A stretch of 64,000 nt of DNA from an uncultured Acidobacteriota bacterium (GTDB taxonomy: Bacteria > Acidobacteriota > Thermoanaerobaculia > UBA5066): the NCBI GenBank assembly GCA_963779415.1, contig CAVZYA010000002.1, positions 672,001 through 736,000 of the forward strand, given 5' to 3'. Positions 8,226 to 19,039 of the stretch are shown here, piece after piece. The notes beneath the pieces were generated by a model. The model was not told where the DNA came from. It made no database searches and saw nothing but the letters and a program-made list of their open reading frames with translations. Position numbers and translations under genes: made by a program. Position 1 is the first letter of the stretch. Each line of letters begins with the position of its first letter.

Positions 8226-9143
8226 CTAACGTGGCGGCGGGGTTTGGGCCGGGGCCGGGCTCGGGCCGGGCGGCTCGAAGAAGCCCGGCGGTACGGGCTG
8301 GTTCACGCGGAGCGAGTCGACGCGGAACGAGGAGACCTCTTTCTCCCCGGAGAAGGCATCCGAAAAGAAGGGATATTCGAGGCCTTCAACGGTCCGGAAG
8401 TCAGAGTAGCGCAGGCGGATACGCTCTTTCTTCCCCTCCGGGGAAGCGGCCGGGCCCTCCCAGGAGAATTCCGCGATCCGGTGCTCGCCGTCGAGGACGG
8501 CCTCCGTCGTCTGACCGGCCATCTCTATCACGAGGACTTCGCGCCGCTCTCCACCCGGCCCGGCAGAATCACCGACTGATACCCGGAAGAGCTTGTGGCG
8601 GCGCCATTTAAGGATGGAGACGGGGTTCCGCATGGCGGTCGTTTCGAGCTTCGCTCTTTCCTCCTCGGGCAGATCGACATTCCCCAAAGCGCCGGTCATC
8701 CACGCCCGGTCGGAGGTGATGGTCGTCGAAAAGACGTCTCCGGTCGGGAGAACGACTTCCCGCCGGACGTTGTCGGGGTAGAGGAACGTGGTCTTGATGG
8801 TCGCTTCTTTTTCACCGAGAGCGGATCGTTGCCTGAGCTTTCCGGTCGATTCGAGGCTCTTCACCCCGTCGACGACCGCTGCCCCGCCCGTCGCCTCGAC
8901 GGCCTTCTCGAGAAGCTTCCATGCAGGCGTATCCGGTGTCGTGAAGTCGCTCCACTGAACCTTGTCGGCACCGGACATGGCCGGCGGGGCCGTGTCCGGG
9001 GCAGGGGGTCCGGCCACTTCCGCGGTGGCCCTCCCGGCGGGCTCTGTAGCCGGGGGAGAAGCCGGTGGGGTGGCGCAACCCGTGACGATCAGCAGGCCCG
9101 CGGCAGCGAGTGCCGGTGTGCGTCGAAGGGAAGAGACTTTCAT
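8226..9143 (-). CDS. Putative lipoprotein, function unknown
   Basis: GGGAGG SD, lipobox IVTG-C, Pro/Ala linker, then A.EA.GG...V..VKS and YSDFR.V.GL.YPF motifs. Confidence 0.7.
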   Translation of the reverse strand: MKVSSLRRTPALAAAGLLIVTGCATPPASPPATEPAGRATAEVAGPPAPDTAPPAMSGADKVQWSDFTTPDTPAWKLLEKAVEATGGAAVVDGVKSLESTGKLRQRSALGEKEATIKTTFLYPDNVRREVVLPTGDVFSTTITSDRAWMTGALGNVDLPEEERAKLETTAMRNPVSILKWRRHKLFRVSVGDSAGPGGERREVLVIEMAGQTTEAVLDGEHRIAEFSWEGPAASPEGKKERIRLRYSDFRTVEGLEYPFFSDAFSGEKEVSSFRVDSLRVNQPVPPGFFEPPGPSPAPAQTPPPR

Positions 9144-9255
9144 TCCGGTTCCTCCCGTGGCAGGAATGTCGCGGTCGCTATCGTACGGGATCTGCCGGGA
9201 GGTCGTCTGTCGCTTCGCGGCCCGTTTGCGAAATGCACGTAGACTCGGCGGGATC

Positions 9256-10062
9256 GTGCGTACCGCCTTGGCCCTTCTCGCCACTTCGGCTCTGCTTTCG
9301 GCCGCTCCGCCCGCACCGGCACCGATGCCTGTCGTTCGCGAGTTCCGCGTCGGGCCGATCGACTCGGCGAAGGTCGGGATGGAGCTGGTCTTCGAGGCGA
9401 ACGGCGCGCCGTGCGGCGAGTCGGTGAAGGGGACGTTCACGCTCTTCGGCTCGGCGCCCGGAGTGCCGGTCGACGCGCCGCTCGTCTACCTCCCGGAGGG
9501 GGGCTGTGCGTTGAGGTTCGACTACCCCTTTGCCGCGATCGGCCCGGACCTCGTGGGGAAGTCGAAGGTGGATGCGCTGGAATGGTCGCTTTCCGGAGAG
9601 CGGCGCTCGCTCCCGCCCGCAAAGTCGATCGCCTGGAGCGGCCGGACGCCGCGCGAGGCGATAAGACTGACGGAGTCGATGAAGGTGGCGCTTCGCCGCT
9701 TCGTCGAAGTGCGGAACGTGACGGTCGGAGAGTTCGGCTTCGCAAGCTCGACGGTGAACGCGACGATCGACGTGACGAACCCGCTCTCTTTCGATCTCCG
9801 GATCGTCGAGGCCGCCTACGAGCTGACGGTGGACGGGACACCCGTCGCGAAAGGGCGGAAGGAGAGGGTCCTCCTCCACGCGAAGCGGGAAAGCCGGATC
9901 GAGCTGCCGGTGGAGCTGGATTACGCGGGGTTTTTCGCGGCGGCCGGCAACGCCGCGCTCGGAAACGGGGTGGCCGGCGTCCTTTCAGGGGTCGGAAAGC
10001 TCCGCCTCCCGGCCGGCGACCTCGAGTTTTCGTTCGAGTTCCCCGTGACGCTCTCGCGGTGA
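9256..10062 (+). CDS. Secreted protein with C-terminal LEA_2/WHy-like domain
   Basis: Signal peptide; V.NPLSFDL.I....YEL.VDG..VA.G resembles LEA type 2. The start codon is uncertain. Confidence 0.7.
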   Translation: MRTALALLATSALLSAAPPAPAPMPVVREFRVGPIDSAKVGMELVFEANGAPCGESVKGTFTLFGSAPGVPVDAPLVYLPEGGCALRFDYPFAAIGPDLVGKSKVDALEWSLSGERRSLPPAKSIAWSGRTPREAIRLTESMKVALRRFVEVRNVTVGEFGFASSTVNATIDVTNPLSFDLRIVEAAYELTVDGTPVAKGRKERVLLHAKRESRIELPVELDYAGFFAAAGNAALGNGVAGVLSGVGKLRLPAGDLEFSFEFPVTLSR

Positions 10063-10114
10063 CTGCGGAAGCGCTCTCACGACACAGCCCCGGAGAAAGG
10101 CCACGGGCCCGGGA

Positions 10115-10444
10115 CTAGAAGAGGTGGGACTTGAGCGCCGACGCGACGTGACGCCGGTTGGAAGCGGACAGCGCCCCGATTCGTCGGAGCAAGAGTCGGG
10201 TATCCAGCGTGAAGAGCTTCAGGCGGACGATGCAAGGAAGAGGAAGGCCGGCTGCAGCCGTCTCCTCGATCTCGACGTCGCCGGGCCAGGCGTGATGCGC
10301 CTTCGTCGTGATCATGGCGAGGACGACGTGGCCTGAAGCGTGGAAGGTCTTGCGGCTCAGGACGAGGGCGGGGCGGCGTTTCGCTCCGGCCTTCTCGGAG
10401 AAGGGGAACGGAACGACGACGACGTCCCAGAGGTCACAGATCAC
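10115..10444 (-). CDS. PemK/MazF-family toxin
   Basis: DVVVVPFPFSE....KRRPALVLS and AMITT motifs; overlaps the antitoxin stop. Confidence 0.9.
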   Translation of the reverse strand: MICDLWDVVVVPFPFSEKAGAKRRPALVLSRKTFHASGHVVLAMITTKAHHAWPGDVEIEETAAAGLPLPCIVRLKLFTLDTRLLLRRIGALSASNRRHVASALKSHLF

Positions 10445-10661
10445 GGAAGGCCTCGTTGTCGTCGGCGGACCCCCATTCCTCGAGAGTCTCCGCGACGGCG
10501 AAGTGGAAGGCTGCGTCGAAGGGCTCGGCCCGCCTCAGGATCGCCCGGTCGTCCTTCACTTCGTACGAAACGAGGTCTCCCGGGGAGAGATGGAGAGCCT
10601 CGCGTACCTCGACCGGGATGGTGACCTGCCCTTTTCCGGAGAGTCGGCTGGTCTTCTTCAT
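10434..10661 (-). CDS. AbrB/MazE-family antitoxin
   Basis: 75 aa, SRLSGKGQVTIPVEVREALHLSPGDLV; acidic tail EEWGSADDNEAFRDL. Confidence 0.9.
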   Translation of the reverse strand: MKKTSRLSGKGQVTIPVEVREALHLSPGDLVSYEVKDDRAILRRAEPFDAAFHFAVAETLEEWGSADDNEAFRDL

Positions 10662-10670
10662 CTCTTTACT

Positions 10671-10709
10671 CTTTACGTAAAGAATACTCTGCCGTTTCCG
10701 TCGAGACAA
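10671..10709 (-). promoter_or_regulatory. TA operon promoter with palindromic operator
   Basis: TTGTCT-N17-TATTCT on the minus strand. The perfect palindrome CTTTACGTAAAG (10671-10682) overlaps the -10/+1 region. Confidence 0.65.
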
Positions 10710-10738
10710 CCCGAATCGTCGTGGTAGGAACCCGGACC

Positions 10739-11908
10739 TCAGAACGTCAGCAGCCGGTGATATGTCCCGACGACGTCGAGGGAGGCGTACGCCGCGGCGC
10801 GTCCCCTTCCGCCTTCGGCCAGCTTGGCACGCGTCCGGTCGCTCCGCCAGAGAAGCTCCAGCGCGTCGGCGGTCGAGGTCTCGTCCTTCGGATTGAAGTA
10901 GAGGGCATCTTCCCGGGCGAGTTCCGTGAGCGCGGGTATCGCGGAGCAGGCCACGGGGGTTCCGAGCGCCATCGCCTCGAGGACGGGGATGCCGAATCCC
11001 TCGAACAGGGACGGGAAGACGAGAAAGCGCGCGCCCTGGAGGAGCGCCGTCACGTGAGCGTCCGGAAGATAGGGAAAGAGACGGACGGCGCCGGCGAGGC
11101 CCCGCTGGCGGACGGCGGCGAGAAGCCCCTCGCGGCCGGCATCCAGCGCGCCGCAAAGGACGAGCTTGAGGTCGGGAGCGGCGCGTCGCGCGCGGACGAG
11201 GGCGGAAAGGAGCCGGTCGTGGTTCTTGTGGGGCCAGTAGTTGGCGGGGTAGACGGCGAACCCGTCCGGTGAGAGATCGAGCCGGGAAAGTATGTCGGCC
11301 TGCTCCGCAGTCCGCAGAGGCTCGCGCGGCGCACCCGTGACGGGGGGAAGGACGGTGATCCGCGCGGGGTCCAGCCCCGCTTTCGCGACGCCGTCCCGCT
11401 TCGTCGCTTCCGAGACGGCGACGAGCCGATCGACGCGGCCGAGATCCCGCCGGAAAGCCGCCCGGCGCCTTCGCTCCTTCCCGTCGAAGAATTTCGGATA
11501 CGAAAGCTCCTGAAAATCATGCGCCACGGCCAGGTGCGGGAGATCGGGCTCGTGGAAGAGAGCCGTGAAGAGCGGGCTGAAGAGAACGTCCGCCCCGCGG
11601 CTGCGAAGAGAGTCCCGGTCGGGAACCCACCGCGCGACGGCGGGGGGGAGCCGGCGCAGTTCCCGGCGGAGGCGGCGGGGCTCGACGATCTCCTCTCCGA
11701 GGATGGCGACGTCGAGGTTCTCTCTCCGGAGCGGCTCGAGGAGCGGCGCGGCCTCCCTCTTCACGAGGACGGTATAGCGGTGCGCGTCGGTCCGGCCGGC
11801 GAGCGCTCCGAGAAGGCGGAGGACGAAACGGCCGGCGCCGCCGCCCGAGCCGTCGGGCGGCAGCGTGGAGAGGTCGACGAAGACGCGGCGTTCCGTCCCG
11901 GCGGCCAC
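10739..11908 (-). CDS. GT4 glycosyltransferase (mannosyl/rhamnosyltransferase-like)
   Basis: HDFQ...YP, YPANYWPHKNH and FPSLFEGFGIPVLEAMALGTPV motifs. Confidence 0.9.
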   Translation of the reverse strand: MAAGTERRVFVDLSTLPPDGSGGGAGRFVLRLLGALAGRTDAHRYTVLVKREAAPLLEPLRRENLDVAILGEEIVEPRRLRRELRRLPPAVARWVPDRDSLRSRGADVLFSPLFTALFHEPDLPHLAVAHDFQELSYPKFFDGKERRRRAAFRRDLGRVDRLVAVSEATKRDGVAKAGLDPARITVLPPVTGAPREPLRTAEQADILSRLDLSPDGFAVYPANYWPHKNHDRLLSALVRARRAAPDLKLVLCGALDAGREGLLAAVRQRGLAGAVRLFPYLPDAHVTALLQGARFLVFPSLFEGFGIPVLEAMALGTPVACSAIPALTELAREDALYFNPKDETSTADALELLWRSDRTRAKLAEGGRGRAAAYASLDVVGTYHRLLTF

Positions 11909-11937
11909 GCCCCCACTTTGGCACAATGCCGTCGATC

Positions 11938-12936
11938 ATGTCGCGCATCCTGATCACGGGGATCACGGGGCAGGACGGCTCGTACCTGACGGAGTCCCAC
12001 CTGGCTTCGGGGGACGAAGTGCACGGGATGGTCCGGCAGTCGAGTCTCCTCCAGAGAACGCGCCTCGATTCGCTCCCCGCCCTCCGGGCGGCGCGGGAAA
12101 CGGGGCGGCTCTCTCTTCACTACGCCGACCTTCAGGACACGAGCAGCCTCATCGCCCTGATGCGGAAAGTGACGCCCGACGTCGTCTACCACCTCGCGGG
12201 TCAGAGCCACGTCGGGATCTCCTTCGACATGCCCGAGTACACGGCCGAGGCGACGGGGCTCGGAACGCTCCGGCTTCTCGAGGCGGTGCGGCAGGTGGCG
12301 CCGGAGTGCCGCTTCTTCTTCGCGGCCACGAGCGAGATCTTCGGCGAGCCGCTGGAAGTGCCGCAGACGGAGAAGACACCGATGGCGCCGATCAATCCGT
12401 ACGCCGCGGCGAAGGTCTACGGTCTGAACCTCGTCCGGATCTACCGGAAAGCGTACGGGCTCCACGCCTCGGTCGGAATCCTCTTCAACCACGAGAGCCC
12501 GCGCCGGGGCGAGAACTACGTCACGCGGAAGGTCTCGGGCGCCGCCGCGCGGATCGCCCGGAGGCTCCAGAAGGAGCTGCACCTCGGGACGCTCGAGCCG
12601 CGGCGCGACTGGAGCTACGCGGTGGACATGGTGGACGGCATCCGACGGATCGTGGCGGCCGACCGGGGGGACGACTACGTCCTCGCCTCCGGCGTCTCGC
12701 ACTCGGTCCGGGACTTCTGCGAGGCGGCCTTCTCCCGGGTCGGCCTCGACTACCGGAAGCACGTCGTCCTCGATCCGACGTTCGTCCGTCCTCTCGACAT
12801 CTCGGAGACGCGCGGCGACTCGTCGAAGGCGCAGCGACAGCTGGGGTGGGCGCCGAAGACGGGATTTGACGAGCTGGTCCGGATCATGATCGATGCCGAG
12901 CTCGCGGCACTGGATCGGCCGGCGGAGAGCGCCTGA
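11938..12936 (+). CDS. gmd: GDP-mannose 4,6-dehydratase
   Basis: ITGITGQDGSYL, LAGQSHVGISF, YAAAK and ILFNHESPRRGENYVTRK motifs. Confidence 0.92.
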   Translation: MSRILITGITGQDGSYLTESHLASGDEVHGMVRQSSLLQRTRLDSLPALRAARETGRLSLHYADLQDTSSLIALMRKVTPDVVYHLAGQSHVGISFDMPEYTAEATGLGTLRLLEAVRQVAPECRFFFAATSEIFGEPLEVPQTEKTPMAPINPYAAAKVYGLNLVRIYRKAYGLHASVGILFNHESPRRGENYVTRKVSGAAARIARRLQKELHLGTLEPRRDWSYAVDMVDGIRRIVAADRGDDYVLASGVSHSVRDFCEAAFSRVGLDYRKHVVLDPTFVRPLDISETRGDSSKAQRQLGWAPKTGFDELVRIMIDAELAALDRPAESA

Positions 12937-13832
12937 CGACGCCTCCGACCGTCATCGTCCCGGCCTTTCGCCGTCCGGAGGCGTCGCGCCGGACGCTCGC
13001 GTCCCTCGTCGCGGCCGGGGCCGGGAAGATTCTCTTCGTGGACGACGACGGGACGGCCTCGGGCGAAGAGCTCGCGCGCGAGTTCCCTCTCGTCGAGGTG
13101 ATCCGGACCGACCGGCCGCGGTGGTGGACGGGGTGCATCGTTCTCGGCGTCGAGCGGGCGCTCGAGCGGAGCGACGGCTCCGTCCTCTTCTTCAATCAGG
13201 ACGTGGTCTGCGCCCCGGACTACTTCGACAGGCTGGCCGAAGCGGCATTCCGCTTTCCCGGCAGTCTGATCGGGAGCGCCGTCCTCTATGCCCACGATCC
13301 GGAGCGGGTCTGGTCGGCGGGGGGAGCGATCGAGTGGTGGGGGCGCGGAATCCGCGGCCTTCATCACGGCGAGAGCGTCTCCGCCCTCCCGGCCGATCCC
13401 TTCGACGCGGACTGGCTCTTCGGGATGGGGACCTACGTTCCCCGCGAGGCGTTCCTCGAGATCGGCCTTCCCGACGAGAAGCGCTTCCCGCAGGCATGGG
13501 GCGACGTCGACTTCACCCTTCGGGCGCGAAGGAGAGGGTACCGGCTCGTGGTGGCTCCTTCGGCCCGGCTCTTCCACGAGGTCGGCGCATACGACCCGAG
13601 AGTGGCGGGTCCGCCGAGCGCGAGGCAATACGCGGCCGGACTCGCCGACCCGAAGCACAACCTCTCCCTCTCCGCGCACGCGACGATCTGGCGGCGCTAC
13701 GGGCCGCGGCTCCTCTGGCCGCTCTCGCTGGCTCTCCGGATCGGAATTCTTCTGCTCAATTTCATTCGCATCCGGCTGAGATTCCCGCGCGAGCAGCGTC
13801 CAACCGGAGGCCAGGGTGGTTTTTCTGCTTAG
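12933..13832 (+). CDS. GT2 glycosyltransferase (probable CTG start overlapping the gmd stop)
   Basis: The frame is open upstream of the listed 13038 start through TVIVPAF and LFVDD. FNQD and WGDVDFTLRA motifs are present. Confidence 0.75.
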   Translation: MTTPPTVIVPAFRRPEASRRTLASLVAAGAGKILFVDDDGTASGEELAREFPLVEVIRTDRPRWWTGCIVLGVERALERSDGSVLFFNQDVVCAPDYFDRLAEAAFRFPGSLIGSAVLYAHDPERVWSAGGAIEWWGRGIRGLHHGESVSALPADPFDADWLFGMGTYVPREAFLEIGLPDEKRFPQAWGDVDFTLRARRRGYRLVVAPSARLFHEVGAYDPRVAGPPSARQYAAGLADPKHNLSLSAHATIWRRYGPRLLWPLSLALRIGILLLNFIRIRLRFPREQRPTGGQGGFSA

Positions 13833-13943
13833 AAGGCGCGGGAACGGCCGAATCGCGGGGAACGCCGTTGCCGCGAGGCGGACGCAGAGCCTTTGCTTCA
13901 GTCTTTATTCACCTTCTAAGAGAATCTTCTTCGGACTTTTTCC

Positions 13944-14858
13944 TTGAGTACCCGTCTGCCTTCGATCTCGTTGGTGACCCCCTCTCTGAATCAGGGGCCG
14001 TTCCTCCGCGCGACGATCGAGAGCGTCCTCGCCCAGGAATACCCGGAGCTCGAGGTCCTCGTTCAGGACGGGGGGTCGACGGACGGGACGCTCGAGATCC
14101 TCCGCGAGTACGAAGGGCGGATCGCGTGGGTCTCCGAGAAGGACCGCGGGCAGGCCGACGCCATCAATCGTGGCCTCCACCGGGCGCGGGGCGAAGTGCT
14201 CGGCTACCTGAACAGCGACGACGTCCTCCGGCCGGGCGCCCTCCGCGCCGTGGGGGAGGCTTTCGCGTCGCGGCCGGAGACGCTCTTCGTCTGGGGGCGC
14301 GCCGCCTACCTCGATGCGGAAGGAAGGACGGTTTCGCCCTATCTCGCTCGCCCGGACGCGCTCGAGCGCCTCGCCGACGCCTGCTTCATCGCGCAGCCGG
14401 CGGCCTTCTTCCGGCGAAGGGTCTGGGACGAAGTCGGCGACTTCGACGAGACGCTGCACCACACGATGGATTACGACTACTGGCTCCGGATCGCCGAGCG
14501 GTACGGCGCATCCTGCGGCACCTTCCTCGACCGGGAGCTGGCCGGCTGCCGGATGCACGCGGGGGCGAAGACCGTGGCGGGATGGGACCGGGGGCTGGAA
14601 GAGATCTTTTCCCTCGTCAAGCGCCGGACGGGCTACGTCTCCCTCTGGTGGTGCGTGGCGAAGTGGGACCACAGGATGGACGGCCGCAGCCAGGCCACCG
14701 ATCCGCATCCCGTCCCCTGGCGCGCCTATCTCCCCGCGATCCTCGAGTTCCTGCGTCGTAACCCTCCGGGGTTCTGGAAGCGGGGCTTTCGGGTGCCGTC
14801 CGGGGTTTTCGCAAACGTCTCGCCGCGGGAGCGTGACGCCGTCTTTCCTGACGCATAA
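13944..14858 (+). CDS. GT2 glycosyltransferase
   Basis: [37 protein letters not shown] and MDYDYWLR motifs. Confidence 0.9.
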   Translation: MSTRLPSISLVTPSLNQGPFLRATIESVLAQEYPELEVLVQDGGSTDGTLEILREYEGRIAWVSEKDRGQADAINRGLHRARGEVLGYLNSDDVLRPGALRAVGEAFASRPETLFVWGRAAYLDAEGRTVSPYLARPDALERLADACFIAQPAAFFRRRVWDEVGDFDETLHHTMDYDYWLRIAERYGASCGTFLDRELAGCRMHAGAKTVAGWDRGLEEIFSLVKRRTGYVSLWWCVAKWDHRMDGRSQATDPHPVPWRAYLPAILEFLRRNPPGFWKRGFRVPSGVFANVSPRERDAVFPDA

Positions 14859-14870
14859 TTCGCGCCCTCG

Positions 14871-17723
14871 ATGGACTCGATCGTCATTCGCGGGGCCCGC
14901 GAGCACAACCTCAAGAACGTCTCGCTGACGATTCCCCGCAACGCTCTCGTCGTCCTGACGGGGGTCTCCGGGTCGGGGAAGTCGTCTCTCGCGTTCGACA
15001 CGCTCTTCGCCGAGGGGCAGCGCCGGTACGTGGAGTCGCTCTCCGCCTACGCGCGGCAGTTTCTCGAGCAGATGGAGAAGCCGGACGTCGACTCGATCGA
15101 GGGACTCTCGCCCGCCATCTCGATCGAGCAGAAGACGACCTCGAAGAACCCGCGCTCGACCGTCGGGACGGTGACGGAGATCTACGACTACCTCCGCCTC
15201 CTCTACGCGTCGATCGGGAAGCCCCATTGCCCCTCCTGCGGCAGGGAGATCTCCGCACAGACGATCCAGCAGATGACGGACCGGGTCCTCGCGATGCCGG
15301 AGGGGACGCGGTTCCTCGTCCTCGCCCCCTATGTCCGCGGGAAGAAGGGGGAGTACCGGCGGCAGATGTCGGAGATGGTCCGGCAGGGGTTTCTCCGCGC
15401 GCGCGTGGACGGGACGATGGTCGACCTCGAGACGCCGCCGGAGCTGGACAAGCAGAAGAAGCACACGATCGAGATCGTCGTCGACCGGCTCCAGGTCCGG
15501 CGGGACGACGAGACGCGCCGCCGGCTCGCCGACTCGCTCGAGACGGCGACGAAGGCGGCGGAGGGGCTCGTCACGATCGCCGTCGTGAAGGAAGAAGGGG
15601 CGCCGACGGAGGACGAGACGCTCTCGACGAGCTATGCCTGCCCCGACTGCGCCACGTCGCTCGCCGAGATCACGCCCCGCCTCTTCTCGTTCAACTCCCC
15701 CTTTGGCGCCTGCCCCGCCTGCAGCGGCCTCGGCTCGGTGAAGACCCCCGACCCGGAGCGGATCGTGCCGGACCCGTCGCTCTCGATCCGCGACGGCGCG
15801 ATCGCCCTCTTCAAGCCCGGCTCGTCGGCGTGGCGCCTCCGGCAGATCGAGCAGCTTTCGAAGGCCGCGAAGTTCCCGCTCGACGTGCCGTGGAAGAAGC
15901 TGCCGAAGGAGGTCCGCGAGCTGATCCTTCACGGCTCCGGGGACCGCGAGATCAAGTGGAGGTGGAAGTCGGAGAAGGGGGAGTACAACTGGTCCTCGTC
16001 CTACAAGGGGCTCGTGACGCTCCTTTCGGAGAAGTACAAGGAGCTGGAAAGCGACGAGATGCGGCTCGAGCTGGAGGAGTTCTTCTCGTCGACCCCCTGT
16101 TCCGACTGCGGCGGGCGGCGGCTGAAGAAGGAGGCGCTCTCGGTCCTCGTCGCGGAGCGCCCCATCGACGCCCTGACGACCCTCACGCTGGAGGAGGCGA
16201 AGGCGTTCTTCGAAGGGCTCTCCCCGACGAAGCGGGAGAGCGAGATCGCCGGGAAGATCCTGAAGGAGATCCGGGACCGGCTCGGCTTTTTGAACGACGT
16301 CGGGATCGGCTACCTCTCGCTCTCCCGCGCGTCGGCGACGCTTTCGGGGGGCGAGGCGCAGCGCATCCGCCTCGCGACGCAGATCGGCTCGAAGCTGATG
16401 GGGGTCCTCTACGTCCTCGACGAGCCCTCCATCGGCCTCCACCCGAAGGACAACCGGAGGCTGATCGACACGCTCGTCGCGATGCGCGACCTCGGAAACA
16501 CGGTCGTCGTCGTGGAGCACGACGAGGAGACGATCCGATCGGCGGACCGCGTCGTCGACCTCGGGCCGGGGGCCGGGATCCACGGAGGCGAGGTGGTGGG
16601 GGAGGGGCGGGCCGACGAGCTCGCGGGCTTTCCGCGGTCGCTGACCGGGAAGTACCTCTCTGGCGCTCTCTCGATCGAGGTCCCCTCCCGGAGGCGCCCG
16701 GGGAGCGGGAAGATGCTCGCCGTCGTCGGTGCGCGGGAAAACAACCTCAAGAACATTACCGTCCGCTTCCCTCTCGGTGTCTTCACGGCGGTGACGGGGG
16801 TCTCCGGCTCGGGAAAGTCGACGCTCGTCAACGACATCCTCTTCCGTGCCGCGGCGCGCGCTTTCCACGACTCGACCGAGAGGCCCGGAGCCCACACGCG
16901 GATCGACGGGCTCGCCCATCTCGACAAGGTGATCGACATCGATCAGTCGCCGATCGGGCGGACGCCGCGCTCGAATCCGGCCACGTACACGAACCTGATG
17001 ACCCCGATCCGGGACCTGATGTCGCAGGTGCCCGAGGCCCGGATGCGGGGGTACGGACCGGGGCGCTTCTCGTTCAACGTGAAGGGGGGGCGCTGCGAGA
17101 ACTGCGGCGGCGGCGGGCAGATCGCCATCGAGATGCACTTCCTCCCCGACATCTACGTGACGTGCGACGTCTGCGGCGGGAAGCGATACAACCGGGAGAC
17201 GCTGGAGGTCCGGTACAAGGGGCTGAACATCGCCGACGTCCTCGCCCTGACCGTCGAGCAGGCGGCCGAGGTCTTCGCGAACGTCCCCGGAATCCGCGTC
17301 GTCGTCGAAACGCTCGCCGAGGTGGGTCTCGGCTACATCCACCTCGGACAGCCCGCCACGACGCTCTCGGGGGGCGAGGCGCAGAGGGTGAAGCTCGCGC
17401 GCGAGCTGGCGCGGCGGGCCACGGGGCGGACTCTCTACATCCTCGACGAGCCGACGACGGGGCTCCACTTCGACGACGTCGGGAAGCTCCTCGCGGTGCT
17501 GCATGCCCTCGTCGACCGGGGGAACACGGTCATCGTCATCGAGCACAACCTCGACGTCGTCAAGACGGCCGACTGGGTCGTGGACCTCGGCCCGGAGGGG
17601 GGGGCGCGGGGGGGCGAGGTGATCGCGGAGGGGACGCCGGAGGCCGTCTCGTCGGCACCGGGCTCGGCCACGGGTCTTTACCTCTCGAAGGTCCTCGCCG
17701 GGCGGCGCCGCGCAAAACGGTGA
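14871..17723 (+). CDS. uvrA: Excinuclease ABC subunit A
   Basis: GAREHNLKN, two GVSGSGKS Walker A motifs, Zn fingers, LSGGEAQR twice. Confidence 0.98.
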   Translation: MDSIVIRGAREHNLKNVSLTIPRNALVVLTGVSGSGKSSLAFDTLFAEGQRRYVESLSAYARQFLEQMEKPDVDSIEGLSPAISIEQKTTSKNPRSTVGTVTEIYDYLRLLYASIGKPHCPSCGREISAQTIQQMTDRVLAMPEGTRFLVLAPYVRGKKGEYRRQMSEMVRQGFLRARVDGTMVDLETPPELDKQKKHTIEIVVDRLQVRRDDETRRRLADSLETATKAAEGLVTIAVVKEEGAPTEDETLSTSYACPDCATSLAEITPRLFSFNSPFGACPACSGLGSVKTPDPERIVPDPSLSIRDGAIALFKPGSSAWRLRQIEQLSKAAKFPLDVPWKKLPKEVRELILHGSGDREIKWRWKSEKGEYNWSSSYKGLVTLLSEKYKELESDEMRLELEEFFSSTPCSDCGGRRLKKEALSVLVAERPIDALTTLTLEEAKAFFEGLSPTKRESEIAGKILKEIRDRLGFLNDVGIGYLSLSRASATLSGGEAQRIRLATQIGSKLMGVLYVLDEPSIGLHPKDNRRLIDTLVAMRDLGNTVVVVEHDEETIRSADRVVDLGPGAGIHGGEVVGEGRADELAGFPRSLTGKYLSGALSIEVPSRRRPGSGKMLAVVGARENNLKNITVRFPLGVFTAVTGVSGSGKSTLVNDILFRAAARAFHDSTERPGAHTRIDGLAHLDKVIDIDQSPIGRTPRSNPATYTNLMTPIRDLMSQVPEARMRGYGPGRFSFNVKGGRCENCGGGGQIAIEMHFLPDIYVTCDVCGGKRYNRETLEVRYKGLNIADVLALTVEQAAEVFANVPGIRVVVETLAEVGLGYIHLGQPATTLSGGEAQRVKLARELARRATGRTLYILDEPTTGLHFDDVGKLLAVLHALVDRGNTVIVIEHNLDVVKTADWVVDLGPEGGARGGEVIAEGTPEAVSSAPGSATGLYLSKVLAGRRRAKR

Positions 17724-17760
17724 AGCGGAGCGGGGCCTCGACTACAATCGAGAATTCACC

Positions 17761-18870
17761 GTGCTGACGGGATTCAACACCGATATCCGTCATTCCGAGC
17801 GCGTCTATCACGTGCAGACGGAGGACCGCGGCCCGGCCAATCCGGTCATCGAGTCGCTCGTCTACGTCGGCGGGGAGATCCTTCTCTCGAAGAAGAGCCC
17901 GTACGCCGAGCACGTCCACGGCGACAAGGTGGACGAGAAGGCCGTCCGGGAGATGATGGACGTCCAGCATCGGCGGATCATCGAGGCGATCCGGCGCGGC
18001 CGGCTGGAGTCGAAGAGGTCGGGAGAATCCGCCCTCGACTTCGGCGAGGAGACGTTTCCGTCGCCCCAGGGGGTCTCGCCGGCAGCGGTCGCGGCGGTCG
18101 CCGCGATCCTTTCGGCCCCCGTCGAGCCTCTCCCGGGCGACGACAAGGCTCGCGCCGCGGCAAAGGAGAGATCCGGCGTTCGGTCGGGCGTCCGCCCGTC
18201 CGGTGCGCGCCCCGGCGGAAGACCGATCTCCGGCGTCTCGCCCCGGGCCCAGCCGATTCCGGCCCACACGCCGCAGCCTCTTCCGAGGCCTTCCAGTTCC
18301 AGCGGCACGCCGGCGGTGCGAGCCACGATCTCTTCGGCGGATAACTCGGACGTCTACGTCGAGACCTTCGTCTCGTCGGGGCCGCCTCCCGCCCCCGCGG
18401 CGACTCCGCGCCCCACGTCCCGCCCGTCCAGCACGGCACCGGCCGTTCCCGCGCCTGTCGCGCCTGTCACGCCGACCCGCCCCGCGTCGCCGCCTCCGGC
18501 CGGAGGATCGAAGACCCTGGATCAGGTCATCGTCGACTACCTCGCCTCGGAGGCCGCCTCGGAGCGGCTGGAGCTTTCGATCATGGCGGGAGCCGACTTC
18601 GTCTCGGGCGGGACGGTGCCGCTCACGGTCATCGCGACGACCTCGCTCTCGCGAAAGCCGGTTCCGGGCACGCAGATCACGATCCGGGTCGTCTCCACGT
18701 CCGGGCCGCCGCAGGTCCTTTACCGCGGCCTGACGGGAAACGACGGAATGGTGAAGATTTCCTGCGTCCTTCCGGAGATCGGCGGCGCGAACGCCGCGCT
18801 CATCATCGTCGGCTTCTCGTCGATCGGGAGCAGCGAGTCGAAGTACCTCGTCCGGAAGAGGGACGGCTGA
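17761..18870 (+). CDS. Hypothetical protein: N-terminal globular domain, long Pro/Ser linker, beta-rich C-terminal domain
   Basis: Long ORF with high-GC3 codon pattern; TACAAT 12 nt upstream of GTG. Confidence 0.75.
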   Translation: MLTGFNTDIRHSERVYHVQTEDRGPANPVIESLVYVGGEILLSKKSPYAEHVHGDKVDEKAVREMMDVQHRRIIEAIRRGRLESKRSGESALDFGEETFPSPQGVSPAAVAAVAAILSAPVEPLPGDDKARAAAKERSGVRSGVRPSGARPGGRPISGVSPRAQPIPAHTPQPLPRPSSSSGTPAVRATISSADNSDVYVETFVSSGPPPAPAATPRPTSRPSSTAPAVPAPVAPVTPTRPASPPPAGGSKTLDQVIVDYLASEAASERLELSIMAGADFVSGGTVPLTVIATTSLSRKPVPGTQITIRVVSTSGPPQVLYRGLTGNDGMVKISCVLPEIGGANAALIIVGFSSIGSSESKYLVRKRDG

Positions 18871-18952
18871 GACGGATCGCCGCGGTCCTTCCCTCTGCCG
18901 GGCTTTCGTGTATATTTCGCCCCCGCCTCCGGGCTCTCCCCGGGCGGCGAAC

Positions 18953-19028
18953 GGGCCGCTAGCTCAATTGGTAGAGCAAGAGACTCTTAATCTCTGGGTT
19001 GGGGGTTCAAGTCCCTCGCGGCTCACCA
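18953..19028 (+). tRNA. tRNA-Lys(CTT)
   Basis: Cloverleaf, anticodon arm AGAGA-CTCTTAA-TCTCT, GTTCAA T-loop, encoded CCA. Confidence 0.97.
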
Positions 19029-19039
19029 GAAATGGTCCG

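Noticed and set aside
13840-13900. GGACGCAGAGCC after a GCGA-loop hairpin, reminiscent of a c-di-GMP-I riboswitch
   Set aside because: It lacks the GGCAAAC 5' element and a convincing second stem.
13905-17546. Very long antisense or alternate-frame ORFs (for example 1213 aa opposite uvrA, 901 aa opposite clpB, 920 aa opposite dxr/rseP, 1088 aa over mqnA/mqnC)
   Set aside because: These are shadow ORFs expected in high-GC DNA. They are Arg/Pro/Gly-rich, lack motifs of their own, and overlap clearly identified genes.
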